A stretch of DNA of 64,000 nt. It comes from Methanobacteriota archaeon. Lineage in GTDB: Archaea; Thermoplasmatota; DTKX01; VGTL01. The notes under the pieces were generated by a model. The model did not search any database. It saw nothing but the letters and a program-made list of their open reading frames with translations, and was not told the origin of the DNA. The stretch is taken from positions 11,346-75,345 of the forward strand of contig VGTL01000003.1 of NCBI GenBank assembly GCA_016874675.1. The letters are read 5' to 3'. A program made the position numbers and the translations under genes. Position 1 is the first letter of the stretch. Each line of letters starts with the position of its first letter. Shown one piece after another: positions 10,607-19,976 of this stretch.

Positions 10607-12163
10607 ATGGCAGGCAGGATGGGGCTGGCGCTCCTCAGCGTGTGGGACAAGACGGGGGTAGTGGAGTTCGCCCGGGAGCTTTCGGCGATGGGGGCCGAGC
10701 TCGTATCGACCGGCGGGACGCTCAAGGCCCTGAAGGGGGCCGGCCTCGAGGTGCGCTCGGTGTCGGACCTCACGGGCTTCCCCGAGATTCTCGACGGCCG
10801 GGTCAAGACCCTGCACCCGGTGCTCCACAGCGGCATACTGGCCCGCCGGGACATCAGGGAGCACATGGACGAGCTCGACGGGCGGGGCATCCGGAAGGTG
10901 GACCTGGTCGCGGTGAACCTATACCCGTTCGAGGCGACCGTCAGCAAGCCCGGCTGCACGCTCGAGGAGGCGGTGGAGAACATAGACATAGGGGGGCCGT
11001 CGATGCTGCGCGCCGCCGCCAAGAACTACGAGGGGGTGGTGGTGGTCTGCAACCCGGCCCGCTACCCGCAGATAATCGAGGAGCTCAAGAAGGACGGCGA
11101 GGTCTCCCGTAGTACGCGCAAGCGGCTGGCGGCGGAGGTGTTCCGCCACACGGCCGCCTACGACGCCGCAATCTCGTCCCAGCTGCCCGGCATGATGGGC
11201 GTGGCCGAGCAGTTCCCGGACATCTTCACGGCCGGCGCCCGCAAGGCCCTGGACCTGCGCTACGGCGAGAACCCCCACCAGAAGGCCGCCTTCTACCGCG
11301 ACCCGTTCCGGAAGGAGCCCTGCGCCGCCTTCGGGGAGGTGCTCCACGGGAAGCTGCTCTCTTTCAACAACTACCTCGACCTGGACGCCGCCCTCGAGCT
11401 CGTCAAGGAGTTCGGGGAGCCGGCGGCCGTGCTCGTCAAGCACACGAGCCCCTGCGGCGTCGCAGTGCGGCCCGCAATATCGGCGGCCTACGAGGCGGCC
11501 CGCGCCGCCGACCCGAAGTCCGCCTTCGGAGGCGTGGTCGCCCTCAACCGGCGCTGCGACCGGGCCACCGCCGACCGGATCAACGCCACCTTCATCGAGG
11601 CGGTGGCGGCGCCCGACTTCGAGGACGATGCCCTGGAGGTGCTCCAGAGCAAGAAGAACGTGCGCCTGGTCCGGGTCGGGCCGCTGGAGGGCCTCCGGGA
11701 GCGCGACGAGCTCGACGTCCGGCGCGTCGTCGGCGGCTACCTCGTGCAGGACCGCGACCATGCGGTGCTCAAGGCCTCCGACCTCAAGGTCGTGACCAAG
11801 AAGAAGCCCTCCGAGAAGGAGATAGCCGACCTGCTCTTCGCCCGGCTGGTGGTCAAGCACGTGAAGTCCAACGCGCTGGTGTTCGCCAAGGACCTGACGA
11901 CCACGGGAATCGGGGCCGGCCAGCAAAGCCGCGTGGACGGGGTGGCAATCGCGGTCAAGAAGGGCGGCGACCGGATTCCCGGCAGCGTCATGGCATCGGA
12001 CGCCTTCTTCCCGTTCCGGGACGGCGTGGACGAGGCCGCGAAGGCCAGGGCGGTCGCCATCCTCCAGCCGGGGGGAAGCCTCCGCGACGCCGAGGCCATC
12101 GCGGCGGCGGACGAGCACGGCATCGCCATGGTGTTCTCGGGGCTGAGGAGCTTCAAGCATTAG
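10607..12163 (+). CDS. purH: Bifunctional AICAR transformylase / IMP cyclohydrolase.
   Basis: LLSVWDKTGVVEFARELSAMGAELVSTGGT...VKTLHPVLHSGILARRD... and the C-terminal AICARFT domain. Start taken at the internal ATG (ORF opens at 10553). Confidence 0.9.
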   Translation: MAGRMGLALLSVWDKTGVVEFARELSAMGAELVSTGGTLKALKGAGLEVRSVSDLTGFPEILDGRVKTLHPVLHSGILARRDIREHMDELDGRGIRKVDLVAVNLYPFEATVSKPGCTLEEAVENIDIGGPSMLRAAAKNYEGVVVVCNPARYPQIIEELKKDGEVSRSTRKRLAAEVFRHTAAYDAAISSQLPGMMGVAEQFPDIFTAGARKALDLRYGENPHQKAAFYRDPFRKEPCAAFGEVLHGKLLSFNNYLDLDAALELVKEFGEPAAVLVKHTSPCGVAVRPAISAAYEAARAADPKSAFGGVVALNRRCDRATADRINATFIEAVAAPDFEDDALEVLQSKKNVRLVRVGPLEGLRERDELDVRRVVGGYLVQDRDHAVLKASDLKVVTKKKPSEKEIADLLFARLVVKHVKSNALVFAKDLTTTGIGAGQQSRVDGVAIAVKKGGDRIPGSVMASDAFFPFRDGVDEAAKARAVAILQPGGSLRDAEAIAAADEHGIAMVFSGLRSFKH

Positions 12164-12335
12164 GGGGCAGCAGGCAGCGGGCAGCGGTGGGGCAGCGGGC
12201 AGCGGGCAGTGGTGGGGCATCGGGCAGCGGGCAGCGGCTGCAGGGGGGCGTCCGTCGTCCCCGCTGCCTGCTCCCCGATGCCCGATGCCCCCCTGCTGCC
12301 CGCTGCCTCTTCCCCCCACCGCAAAGTGCAAAAAT
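12164..12335. repeat. Composite palindrome: (GGGCAGCG)n ... spacer ... (CGCTGCCC)n.
   Basis: gggcagcgggcagcggtggggcagcgggcagcgggcag ... ctgcccgctgcctcttcc, immediately 3' of purH. Confidence 0.7.
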
Positions 12336-12365
12336 CACAAAGCGCATTGAGGTCTTGGGTTTCCT

Positions 12366-12977
12366 ATGCTCACCATCGGCGTCCTGATTTCAGGCAAGGG
12401 CTCGAACCTCCAGGCGATCATCGACGCGGTCGGGCGAGGCGAGATCACCGGCCGGGTGGCGGTGGTCATCAGCAACAAGGCCGACGCCTACGGACTGGAG
12501 AGGGCCCGCAAGGCGGGCATAGAGGCGCTGGTCATCCCGTCCAGGGGGAAGGAGCGCACCGACTTCGAGCGCGAGGTGGCCGAGGCCCTGGAGTCGCGGG
12601 GCGTGGAGCTCGTGTGCCTGGCGGGCTTCATGCGCGTGCTCACCCCCTATTTCATCCGCCGGTTCAAGCACCGGATAATGAACATCCACCCGGCCCTGCT
12701 GCCGTCCTTCCCCGGGGAGGACGCCCAGGGGCAGGCCTTCGCCTACGGCGTCAAGGTGACGGGCTGCACGGTCCACTTCGTGGACGAGGGCGTGGACACC
12801 GGGCCCGTAATCGTCCAGATACCGGTCGAGGTCCGCGAGGACGACACGGCCGACACCCTCTCGGGGAGGATACTGGAGCAGGAGCACCGGGCGTTCCCGC
12901 GGGCCATCCAGCTCTTCGCCGAGGGAAGGCTCCAGGTCACCGGCAGAAAGGCCAGGGTGCTGCCGGCGAGGAGATAG
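12366..12977 (+). CDS. purN: Phosphoribosylglycinamide formyltransferase.
   Basis: IGVLISGKGSNLQAIIDA...NIHPALLPSFPG... is the canonical PurN. Confidence 0.9.
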   Translation: MLTIGVLISGKGSNLQAIIDAVGRGEITGRVAVVISNKADAYGLERARKAGIEALVIPSRGKERTDFEREVAEALESRGVELVCLAGFMRVLTPYFIRRFKHRIMNIHPALLPSFPGEDAQGQAFAYGVKVTGCTVHFVDEGVDTGPVIVQIPVEVREDDTADTLSGRILEQEHRAFPRAIQLFAEGRLQVTGRKARVLPARR

Positions 12978-12984
12978 GGTCCGG

Positions 12985-13165
12985 GGGAAAAGGCGCACCC
13001 GGAGGACCTTCGGTCCTCCTCGCCTCGGCGAGCATGGCTCGCCTTCGGAGGCGCAGGGCGCAAGGGTCATGGCGCGAGGGGAAAGGGGCCTGGGGGGCTG
13101 CGCTGTCCCCGCCACCCTTCCCCCTTGTCCCTTTTCCCTTGCGCCTTTCCCCTTGAGCCTTGCGC
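12985..13165. repeat. Composite palindrome with GCGCAGGG/GCGCAAGG units and a complementary C-rich arm.
   Basis: ggcgcagggcgcaagggtcatggcgcgagggg ... ccttgcgccctgcgccccgcgcc, 3' of purN. Confidence 0.6.
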
Positions 13166-13225
13166 CCTGCGCCCCGCGCCTTCCTCCTTGCTGGAAAAAG
13201 AGTTGAAATTCCTACTAGGAAGAGG

Positions 13226-13262
13226 AAAAAAATCTTCGACCCCGGGCCGGAGCCCGGGGTCT
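13226..13262 (-). terminator. Hairpin plus T-tract terminator 3' of the first surface-protein gene.
   Basis: Minus-strand reading gaccccgggctccggcccggggtcgaagatttttt: a GC hairpin followed by T6. Confidence 0.5.
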
Positions 13263-13270
13263 TGGGTCGC

Positions 13271-15106
13271 TCAGTTCTTCCTGCGCCGGACCAGCACCGC
13301 GACCGCGAGAATCGCCGCGACCAGTATCGCAACCTCGAAGCCCGGAGACGAGTACTGGAGCTCGCAGGTGGCCTGCTTGGTCATGTTTCCCGGGTCCGGG
13401 TTGGGCAGGCTGACGACCGAGGTTATGGTGTGCTTCCCGGCGCCCTTCACCTTGAAGGAGACCTTGACCTCCTTGGTTGAGAGCGGGTCGACGCTGACGG
13501 TCTGGTTGGCGAGCAGCTTGGCGCTCGCACCGGTGCCCTCCATCAGCATCAGCTGGACCGAGCCGGCCTTCTCCCCGATGTTCTTCAGCGTCACGGTGGC
13601 GGTGAAGGACTGGGAGCTGTCCTTGGGCTGGTTGTCCTTCTTTGCCGGGGATATCTTGAAGGACTGGATGCCGATGGCGGCATATATCTGGCGCGCCACG
13701 AAGACCGTGGAGTCCTTCTTCGACTCGACCCCGCCGACAATTGCCACTGCGGTGTAAGTCTGGTTGCCGTCGATGACTTCGTCGTTGAGGCTGATCCCCA
13801 GCGTCACCGTCTTGCTCTCGCCGATGCTGAGGTTGAACGGCTCGGTCACATTGGTGTATTCCCAGCCTCCCTGCCGAAGCTTCACCACGACGCCCGTGGC
13901 GTTGGCGGTGCCGTTGTTTTTCACCGAGATGGAGACCTCGACGAAGTCGTTGACGCGCTTGTCTGCGGGCATCGAGAACGAGGTTACCTCCAGCACGGGC
14001 ATCCTCTTTTTGACGGTCACATTGACCGTCATGTAGGTCGAAAGGAATAATCCCTCGCCATAGCCCGCCCGGATGGTCTTGGTCTCGCTTCCCCCCGTTA
14101 TCTCGGGCAGGACGTAGTCCCAGGTGGCGTTGACAGTCTCGCCCTCGGGGACTGTAACATTTGGCAACTCGCCCACGGGCATGTAGACCAGTATGACGAA
14201 CTCGGAGAAATCGATGGTGATATTGTCGGCGGCGGCGGTCCCGTCGTTCATCAACGTCACGGTGAAGGTGACGGTCTCGCCCTCGTATCCGGAGGCCGGG
14301 GAAACGGCAAGCCCGGTGATCGTGATGTTCGCCATCGGGCTGGTCAGGCTGATGTTCGTGCCGGCCATCACGGGGTCCATTTCCAGTATCTTGGCCCAGA
14401 CGGTGTGCTCGCCGTCGGCGAGCCCGAGCCCGCTGAAGTCGGTCTCCAGCGCGCTGTCCCCGCCCTCGCCCGCGGCAAGGGTTATGTCCCTTTCGCCGAG
14501 CATGACGTCCGCGTCCATGCCGAAGCTCACCGTGACGGTCCCGTCCAGGTTGCCGTCGTTCGTGAGGGAGGCCGTGATGGTGACGGTGTCGACGCCGATG
14601 AGCGCCTCGGAGGCGCTGAGCGCCACCGACTCGACCGTGAAGTCGCTGGCCATCGACCTGTAGTGGACGGTCACCACGGTCTGGTTTTCGGTCTCGGTGG
14701 CGTTCACGGCGGTCACCATGATCTCGTAGTCGCCGTAGGTCGGCGGGTACCACTGCCAGGTGTGCTCGGCAGGCTGGTCCGCGTCCAGGGCGCCCATGCT
14801 GACCGGATCCCCTTCCGGTGTGCCGTCCACGGAGAGCGTCAGAACAAGATCGGTCGCATTCTCCATCAGGGAGGCGATCGACACGGTGGCGGTGATGTTC
14901 ACCGGCTCCGTCTCCATCCACTCGGAGGAGTTGTCATGGCTTCCGTCCGGGTTCGTGAACTCCACGTCCACGGCAAATTGCTCCGCCCTGCCCGAAGCCG
15001 CGCCCGCCGGGGCCGCGACCGCAAGGACGCTCAGAAGAAATCCCAGCGTCACAAGCAGGGTCCCAATATTTCCGCTCTTTTTCATTTCGCTCACCCTCTT
15101 TTCCAC
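13271..15106 (-). CDS. Secreted surface (S-layer-like) glycoprotein with a signal peptide, CARDB-like beta-sandwich repeats, many N-glycosylation sequons and a PGF-CTERM archaeosortase sorting signal.
   Basis: N-terminus MKKSGNIGTLLVTLGFLLSVLAVAAPAGA. C-terminus ...SSPGFEVAILVAAILAVAVLVRRRKN (PGF-CTERM). Repeated ...NNGT...TV motifs. Confidence 0.7.
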   Translation of the reverse strand: MEKRVSEMKKSGNIGTLLVTLGFLLSVLAVAAPAGAASGRAEQFAVDVEFTNPDGSHDNSSEWMETEPVNITATVSIASLMENATDLVLTLSVDGTPEGDPVSMGALDADQPAEHTWQWYPPTYGDYEIMVTAVNATETENQTVVTVHYRSMASDFTVESVALSASEALIGVDTVTITASLTNDGNLDGTVTVSFGMDADVMLGERDITLAAGEGGDSALETDFSGLGLADGEHTVWAKILEMDPVMAGTNISLTSPMANITITGLAVSPASGYEGETVTFTVTLMNDGTAAADNITIDFSEFVILVYMPVGELPNVTVPEGETVNATWDYVLPEITGGSETKTIRAGYGEGLFLSTYMTVNVTVKKRMPVLEVTSFSMPADKRVNDFVEVSISVKNNGTANATGVVVKLRQGGWEYTNVTEPFNLSIGESKTVTLGISLNDEVIDGNQTYTAVAIVGGVESKKDSTVFVARQIYAAIGIQSFKISPAKKDNQPKDSSQSFTATVTLKNIGEKAGSVQLMLMEGTGASAKLLANQTVSVDPLSTKEVKVSFKVKGAGKHTITSVVSLPNPDPGNMTKQATCELQYSSPGFEVAILVAAILAVAVLVRRRKN

Positions 15107-15200
15107 ATACCCAATCGGACTTCTTACAACACCTAATATTCTATTATATCATATTTATAAGTATCGCGCGGACAAGCACCCTCGCATGGAGAGATTCATC
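15107..15200 (-). promoter_or_regulatory. AT-rich promoter region upstream of the 13271-15106 surface-protein gene.
   Basis: tattctattatatcatatttataagtatcgcgcg contains TATA-like boxes upstream of the minus-strand start. Confidence 0.4.
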
Positions 15201-15286
15201 AAACCCGGGTGGAATGGCAATGACCTGCGGAGGGCGGGCCGGGAGTGCTCCGATTCATTCGCGAGCGGTGCATGACATTAACACAA

Positions 15287-15325
15287 AAAAAATCAACGAC
15301 CCCGGGCTTTCGCCCGGGGCCGCAA
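15287..15325 (-). terminator. Hairpin plus T-tract terminator 3' of the second surface-protein gene.
   Basis: Plus strand aaaaaaaatcaacgaccccgggctttcgcccggggccg. On the minus strand this is a hairpin followed by T8. Confidence 0.5.
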
Positions 15326-15331
15326 ATCCGC

Positions 15332-17095
15332 TCAGTCCTTCCTGCGCCTGATCAGCAGCGCGGCCACGAATATGGCCGCCACCAGGAACAGCACCTCGAA
15401 GCCGGGCGTGTATTCCAGAATGCACTTGGCCGTCTTGGTGGAGCCCGCCGGGTCGGCCTCGGAGCCGGTCAGCGTCGCCGTGGCGGTGTGGCCGCCGGAG
15501 CCCTTGACCTTCCAGGTGTAGGTCTTGGTCACGGTGCTGTTGCCCCCGAGCGTGATGGCCTCGGTGGCTATGTTCTTGGTGCCCTCCTTGATGGTCAGGG
15601 TGCAGTTGGTCGTCGCGAGCTCGCCGGTGTTGCTCAGCACCACGGTCAGGGTGTAGCTCTGGGTGCTGTCCTTGGGCTGGCCGTCCTTCTTGGTCGGCTT
15701 GACCGAGAAGGTGGTTATGGCCACCTTGGCCGGGATGGGCACGTGGGCGACCTTCTTCGTGACGTTCATCTCGGCGCCCATCGCCTTCGCGAAGAACTTG
15801 TGGTCGACGTCGGCCGGCGCGATCATCGTGACCTTGAGGGTCACGGTCGTGGTGTTGCCGGCCGGAAGGTCGAAGGCCGTGGAGTTGGCGAGCTTGGTGG
15901 TCCCGTCGTAGAACTCGACCACGACGCCCGTCGCGTCGCCGGTGCCGTTGTTCTTGATGACGGCGGTGAAGTCGACCATGTCGCCGACCTTCAGGCCGTC
16001 GGGCACCGTGAACGAGGTTATCTGTATCTGGGGCAGCTTGGCCTTGACGGTCACGTTCGCCATCGCCTCGGAGGTTCCGACCATCGCCTTGAGGTTCTTC
16101 ACGGTGTCGGCCGCGACGTCGGGCAATGTCCACTGGAACGTCACATCCTTGGTCTCGCCCATCGGGACGGTCACGTTGGTGACGTTGCCCAACTTGTTCG
16201 AGCCCTCGTAGAAGTCGACCACCAGCTCGGGGGAGTCGGCGGTCCCGGTGTTGTTGAGGGTGGCCTTGAGGGTCACCGTCGCGCCCTCGTAGGCGGAGGC
16301 CGGGTCGACCGTCAGCGTGTCGACCGCCACGTCAGCCATCGGGGTGGCCAGCGTTATGTTCGGATCCGCCCTCGCCTCGGTGTAGCCCCAGTCTTGGACC
16401 ATGGCCCTTATGGAGTGCTCGCCGTCGGCGAGGTCGAACCCGCCGAAGTCGGTGTCCAGGGCGATGTCGCCGCCCTCGCCGGAGGCGAGGGTTATGTCCT
16501 TCTCGCCGAGCCGGACGTCCGCGTCCGCGACGAACATGACCGTGGCGGTCCCGTCCATGTTGCCGTTGTTCACGAGGGAGGCCGTGATGGTGACGGTGTC
16601 GACGCCGATGAGCGCCTCGGAGGCGCTGAGGGAGACGGACTCCACGACGATGTCGCTGGCCAGGAAGGTGTATTCCTCGGTCACCACCGTCTGGTTCTCG
16701 ACCTCGGTGGCGTTGACGGCCGCCACCATGACCACGAATTCGCCGTACGCCATCGGGTGCCACTGCCAGGTGTAATCGACGGACTCGCCCTCGTTGAGGG
16801 CTCCGATGCTGACCGGGTCGCCCTCCATGTCTCCGTTGATGGTGAGCTCCAGCATCAGGTCGGTCACGTTCTCCATCATGGCGACAAGGGACACTGTGGC
16901 GGTGATGTTCACCGGCTCCGTCGCCATCCACACCGAGGAGTTGTCATGGCTCCCGTCGGGGTTGGTGAACTCCACGGTCACTGCGAAGTGCTCCGCCCTG
17001 CCAGCAGCGGCGCCCGCAGGGGCGACGACCGCAAGGACGCTCAGAAGAAATCCCAGCGTCATAAGCAGGGTTCCAATCTTCCCGTTCTTTTTCAT
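15332..17095 (-). CDS. Paralogous PGF-CTERM surface glycoprotein.
   Basis: MKKNGKIGTLLMTLGFLLSVLAVVAPAGA...PGFEVLFLVAAIFVAALLIRRRKD. Same architecture as 13271-15106. Confidence 0.7.
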   Translation of the reverse strand: MKKNGKIGTLLMTLGFLLSVLAVVAPAGAAAGRAEHFAVTVEFTNPDGSHDNSSVWMATEPVNITATVSLVAMMENVTDLMLELTINGDMEGDPVSIGALNEGESVDYTWQWHPMAYGEFVVMVAAVNATEVENQTVVTEEYTFLASDIVVESVSLSASEALIGVDTVTITASLVNNGNMDGTATVMFVADADVRLGEKDITLASGEGGDIALDTDFGGFDLADGEHSIRAMVQDWGYTEARADPNITLATPMADVAVDTLTVDPASAYEGATVTLKATLNNTGTADSPELVVDFYEGSNKLGNVTNVTVPMGETKDVTFQWTLPDVAADTVKNLKAMVGTSEAMANVTVKAKLPQIQITSFTVPDGLKVGDMVDFTAVIKNNGTGDATGVVVEFYDGTTKLANSTAFDLPAGNTTTVTLKVTMIAPADVDHKFFAKAMGAEMNVTKKVAHVPIPAKVAITTFSVKPTKKDGQPKDSTQSYTLTVVLSNTGELATTNCTLTIKEGTKNIATEAITLGGNSTVTKTYTWKVKGSGGHTATATLTGSEADPAGSTKTAKCILEYTPGFEVLFLVAAIFVAALLIRRRKD

Positions 17096-17226
17096 TATCT
17101 ATCACCTTTCTTCTTTGTTTTTCCTATCCGTTTTCATACCATATGAAATATCTTCACATTATATATATGTAGTGTTCAATGAAATTCTTCGGGGGCCGAA
17201 TCCCCGGCGCCCGGCGACGGCTCCCC

Positions 17227-18978
17227 TCATCCGGTACTCCTCCGGAATAGCAGGGCGGCGACGACGATCGCCCCGACCAAGAGCAAGACCTCGAAGCCGG
17301 GGGTGTACTCCAAAGTGCACCTTGCGGTCTTGGTGGACGCCGCCGGGTCGGCCTCGGAGCCCGTCAGGGCCGCCGTGGCGGTGTGGCCGCCGGCACCCTT
17401 CACCTTCCAGGTGTAGGTCTTGGTCAGGTTGCCGCCGCCCTCGAGGGCGATGTTCTCGGAGGCGACGACCCGGGCGCCCTCCCTGATGGTCAGCGTGCAG
17501 TTGGCCGACTTGACCTCCCCGGAGTTTTGCATGACCGCGGTCAGGGTGTAGCTCTGGGTGCTGTCTTGGGGCTGGTTCTCGCGCCTGGACGGGCTGACGG
17601 TGAAGGAGGAGATGGCCACCCTGGCCGGGACCGGGGTGTGGGCGACGTTTTTGGTCAGGTTCAGCTCGGCGCCCCCGGCCCTCGCGATGAAGGTGTGCAG
17701 GGCGTCCGGGGTCCCGGAGAGCCTCACGGGCAGCGAGACGGCCTTGCTCGAGCCGACCGATAGGTTGAACGGCCCCGAGCCGGCCAGCCGGGTCGCGCCG
17801 TCGAAGAACTCCACCACGACCCCGGTGGCGTCTCCGGTGCCGTTGTTCCTGACCGTGGCGGTGAAATTGACCTCGTCTCCGATCCGGAGGCCGTCCGGGA
17901 CGGTGAAGGACGAAAGGAGTATCCGGGCCAATCTCGCCAGGACGGTGACGTTCACGGAGGCCGAGGAGGCCCCCAGGCTCGCAGTCACCGTGAGGTTGGT
18001 GTCGGCGGCGACGTCGGGCAGCGACCAGACGAAGATGACGGGCCGGGTCTGGCCCATGCCGACGCTGATGTTGTGCACGAGGCCCAGAACGCCGGACCCG
18101 TCGGAGAACTCCACGGTCTGGTCGGGGGCGTTGGCCGTGCCGCTGTTGTTTATCAGGGCGGTCAGGGTGATGTTGGCGCCCTCGAGACCCGAGCCGTCGG
18201 AGGCGGTGAGGCTCTCCACCGCCAGCCTCGCCGCCGGGTTGGTGAGGGTGATGTTCTCCGTGGAGGCGGCCTCGCTGTACCGCCAGTCGGTCAGGCTGGC
18301 ACCGATGACGTGCTCGCCGTCGGTCAGGTCGTACCCCGAAAAGTCGGTGACAAGGACGGCGTTGGCGGCGCCTCCCTCCGGGACGTCTTGGTCCACCGTG
18401 GCGAGCGGGGTGCCGTCGATGCAGAATGTCACGCCCGCCGTCCCGGGCGCGTTGCCGGCGTTGGCCAGCGCTGCCGAGAGCGTCACCTCGTCCACGCCGA
18501 TGAGGGCCGTGTAGGCGGACGCCTCGACCGACCGGACGGTGATGTCGCTGCCCAGGGCCTTGAAGTGCTGCGTCGAGACCGTCTGGCCGGCGGCGTCGGT
18601 GCCGTTGATGGCGGTCACGACCACCAGGTGGTCTCCGTACACGACAGGGGTCCACTGGAAGGTATGCTCCCGGAACTCGCCCTCGTTGAGGGCCCCCACG
18701 GGCGCTTCGGCCTGGACCCCGCCGGAGTCGATGTCCAGCACGAGCTTGAGGTCCGTCACGTTCTCCATGCCGGCGGGGACGCTCACGTTGACCGTGATGT
18801 TGACCTGCGAGCCGGCATCGGAGACGTTGGAGGTCGCGCCGGTCGCGTCCATGAATTTCACTGAAAGCTCGAAGTTGCCCGCCCTGCCCGGGGCTGCGCC
18901 GGCCGGCGCCACCAGGACTCCCGCCAGTAGGCCCAGCGCCAGAAGCAGGGTCAATCCCTTGTTCCGGTTACACATCAT
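17227..18978 (-). CDS. Third paralogous PGF-CTERM surface glycoprotein.
   Basis: MMCNRNKGLTLLLALGLLAGVLVAPAGA...PGFEVLLLVGAIVVAALLFRRSTG. Start at the internal MM. An AT-rich promoter lies at roughly 19100-19160. Confidence 0.65.
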   Translation of the reverse strand: MMCNRNKGLTLLLALGLLAGVLVAPAGAAPGRAGNFELSVKFMDATGATSNVSDAGSQVNITVNVSVPAGMENVTDLKLVLDIDSGGVQAEAPVGALNEGEFREHTFQWTPVVYGDHLVVVTAINGTDAAGQTVSTQHFKALGSDITVRSVEASAYTALIGVDEVTLSAALANAGNAPGTAGVTFCIDGTPLATVDQDVPEGGAANAVLVTDFSGYDLTDGEHVIGASLTDWRYSEAASTENITLTNPAARLAVESLTASDGSGLEGANITLTALINNSGTANAPDQTVEFSDGSGVLGLVHNISVGMGQTRPVIFVWSLPDVAADTNLTVTASLGASSASVNVTVLARLARILLSSFTVPDGLRIGDEVNFTATVRNNGTGDATGVVVEFFDGATRLAGSGPFNLSVGSSKAVSLPVRLSGTPDALHTFIARAGGAELNLTKNVAHTPVPARVAISSFTVSPSRRENQPQDSTQSYTLTAVMQNSGEVKSANCTLTIREGARVVASENIALEGGGNLTKTYTWKVKGAGGHTATAALTGSEADPAASTKTARCTLEYTPGFEVLLLVGAIVVAALLFRRSTG

Positions 18979-19210
18979 GACTGGCCACCCTTGTGTCTGC
19001 CCTTGCGGACAGCGTTGCCGTATGTTATGTTCGGTCACCACACCATTCACGCTATATAAACCTAACTGGCCGAACTTCGATTAATGTTCAATTTCATCTT
19101 CGACGATCGCCGATGAATCCTCATAAGTGTTTTTATTCTTTATTATATTTATATAATTTATATATTTATAGAAATGAAAATAGAAGAAGACCGAAACGCC
19201 GAAGCCATGG

Positions 19211-19492
19211 CTACAGTTTCTTTGCCACCATCAGAAGGGTCTCTTGCTTGGGGTGCTTGCGTTTCACGAGCACCCTGCCGCGCCGGTCGAACCAGCGGGG
19301 GGAGTAGGCCTTCCGGGGCTCCGGGCGGGGCTCCAGCCCGGGGTCCGCGGCCCGGGCCGCGTTGAGCAGCGCCTCCACGGTGGGGGCGTCGCGGGCCAGG
19401 TTCTTCGGGACCCGGCGGCCCTCCTTCCTGGTGAGCCGGGAATCGAAGTATTCGGGGTACAGGACGAGCAGTCCCTCCTTCCTGGAAGGCAT
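19211..19492 (-). CDS. srp19: Signal recognition particle protein SRP19.
   Basis: MPSRKEGLLVLYPEYFDSRLTRKEGRRVPKNLA... is the canonical archaeal SRP19. Confidence 0.8.
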   Translation of the reverse strand: MPSRKEGLLVLYPEYFDSRLTRKEGRRVPKNLARDAPTVEALLNAARAADPGLEPRPEPRKAYSPRWFDRRGRVLVKRKHPKQETLLMVAKKL

Positions 19493-19504
19493 GCCCCGCC
19501 CCCG

Positions 19505-19885
19505 CTACTCCATCAGGACCGCGTTCAGGGTCCCGTGCTGGCCCGGGCGCGAGATGACGCGGGCCTTGCCCAGGTCGGTCTTGAGCACCGCCCCCTTCGT
19601 CACGATGTTGCGCTGGACGTAGTGGGGGTTCGAGGGGTTCTCCAGGACGGTGAGGACCTTTGTCCTCTGGACCTTGCCGGTCTTCGGGTTCAGAACGTTT
19701 GCGAACTCGATGGAGAGCAGGCGGACCTTCACGGCGGCCGCCCTGACCCGGACCTGCTTTGTCTTGGTCTTGCCGATGGTGGCAAGCTGGACCTCCCGGC
19801 CGATCTCGTGCTTTCGCTTCTTCCTCAGCGGCCGGTACATCCCGCCGGAAGGCTTTCGCTTCGACCTTCCCTGCCATAGGGCCAT
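19505..19885 (-). CDS. rps8e: 30S ribosomal protein S8e.
   Basis: MALWQGRSKRKPSGG...RKKRKHEIGRE... is the S8e signature. Confidence 0.85.
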   Translation of the reverse strand: MALWQGRSKRKPSGGMYRPLRKKRKHEIGREVQLATIGKTKTKQVRVRAAAVKVRLLSIEFANVLNPKTGKVQRTKVLTVLENPSNPHYVQRNIVTKGAVLKTDLGKARVISRPGQHGTLNAVLME

Positions 19886-19976
19886 GTCATCACCTTGGGA
19901 TTGACCCCATTGCACCTTCCATATTTGAAGATTTCTTGCAGAGCATTTATTAGCAAAGAGGGGGCATATCCGGGTC

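Noticed and set aside
12164-12335. Possibility that the tandem short repeats are CRISPR arrays.
   Set aside because: Units are 7-8 nt with no unique spacers of 30-40 nt. Each array is paired with its own reverse complement. There are no cas genes nearby.
12209-13156. 315-aa plus-strand ORF overlapping purN in another frame.
   Set aside because: Arg/Gly/Pro-rich artefact. purN in its own frame is full-length and canonical.
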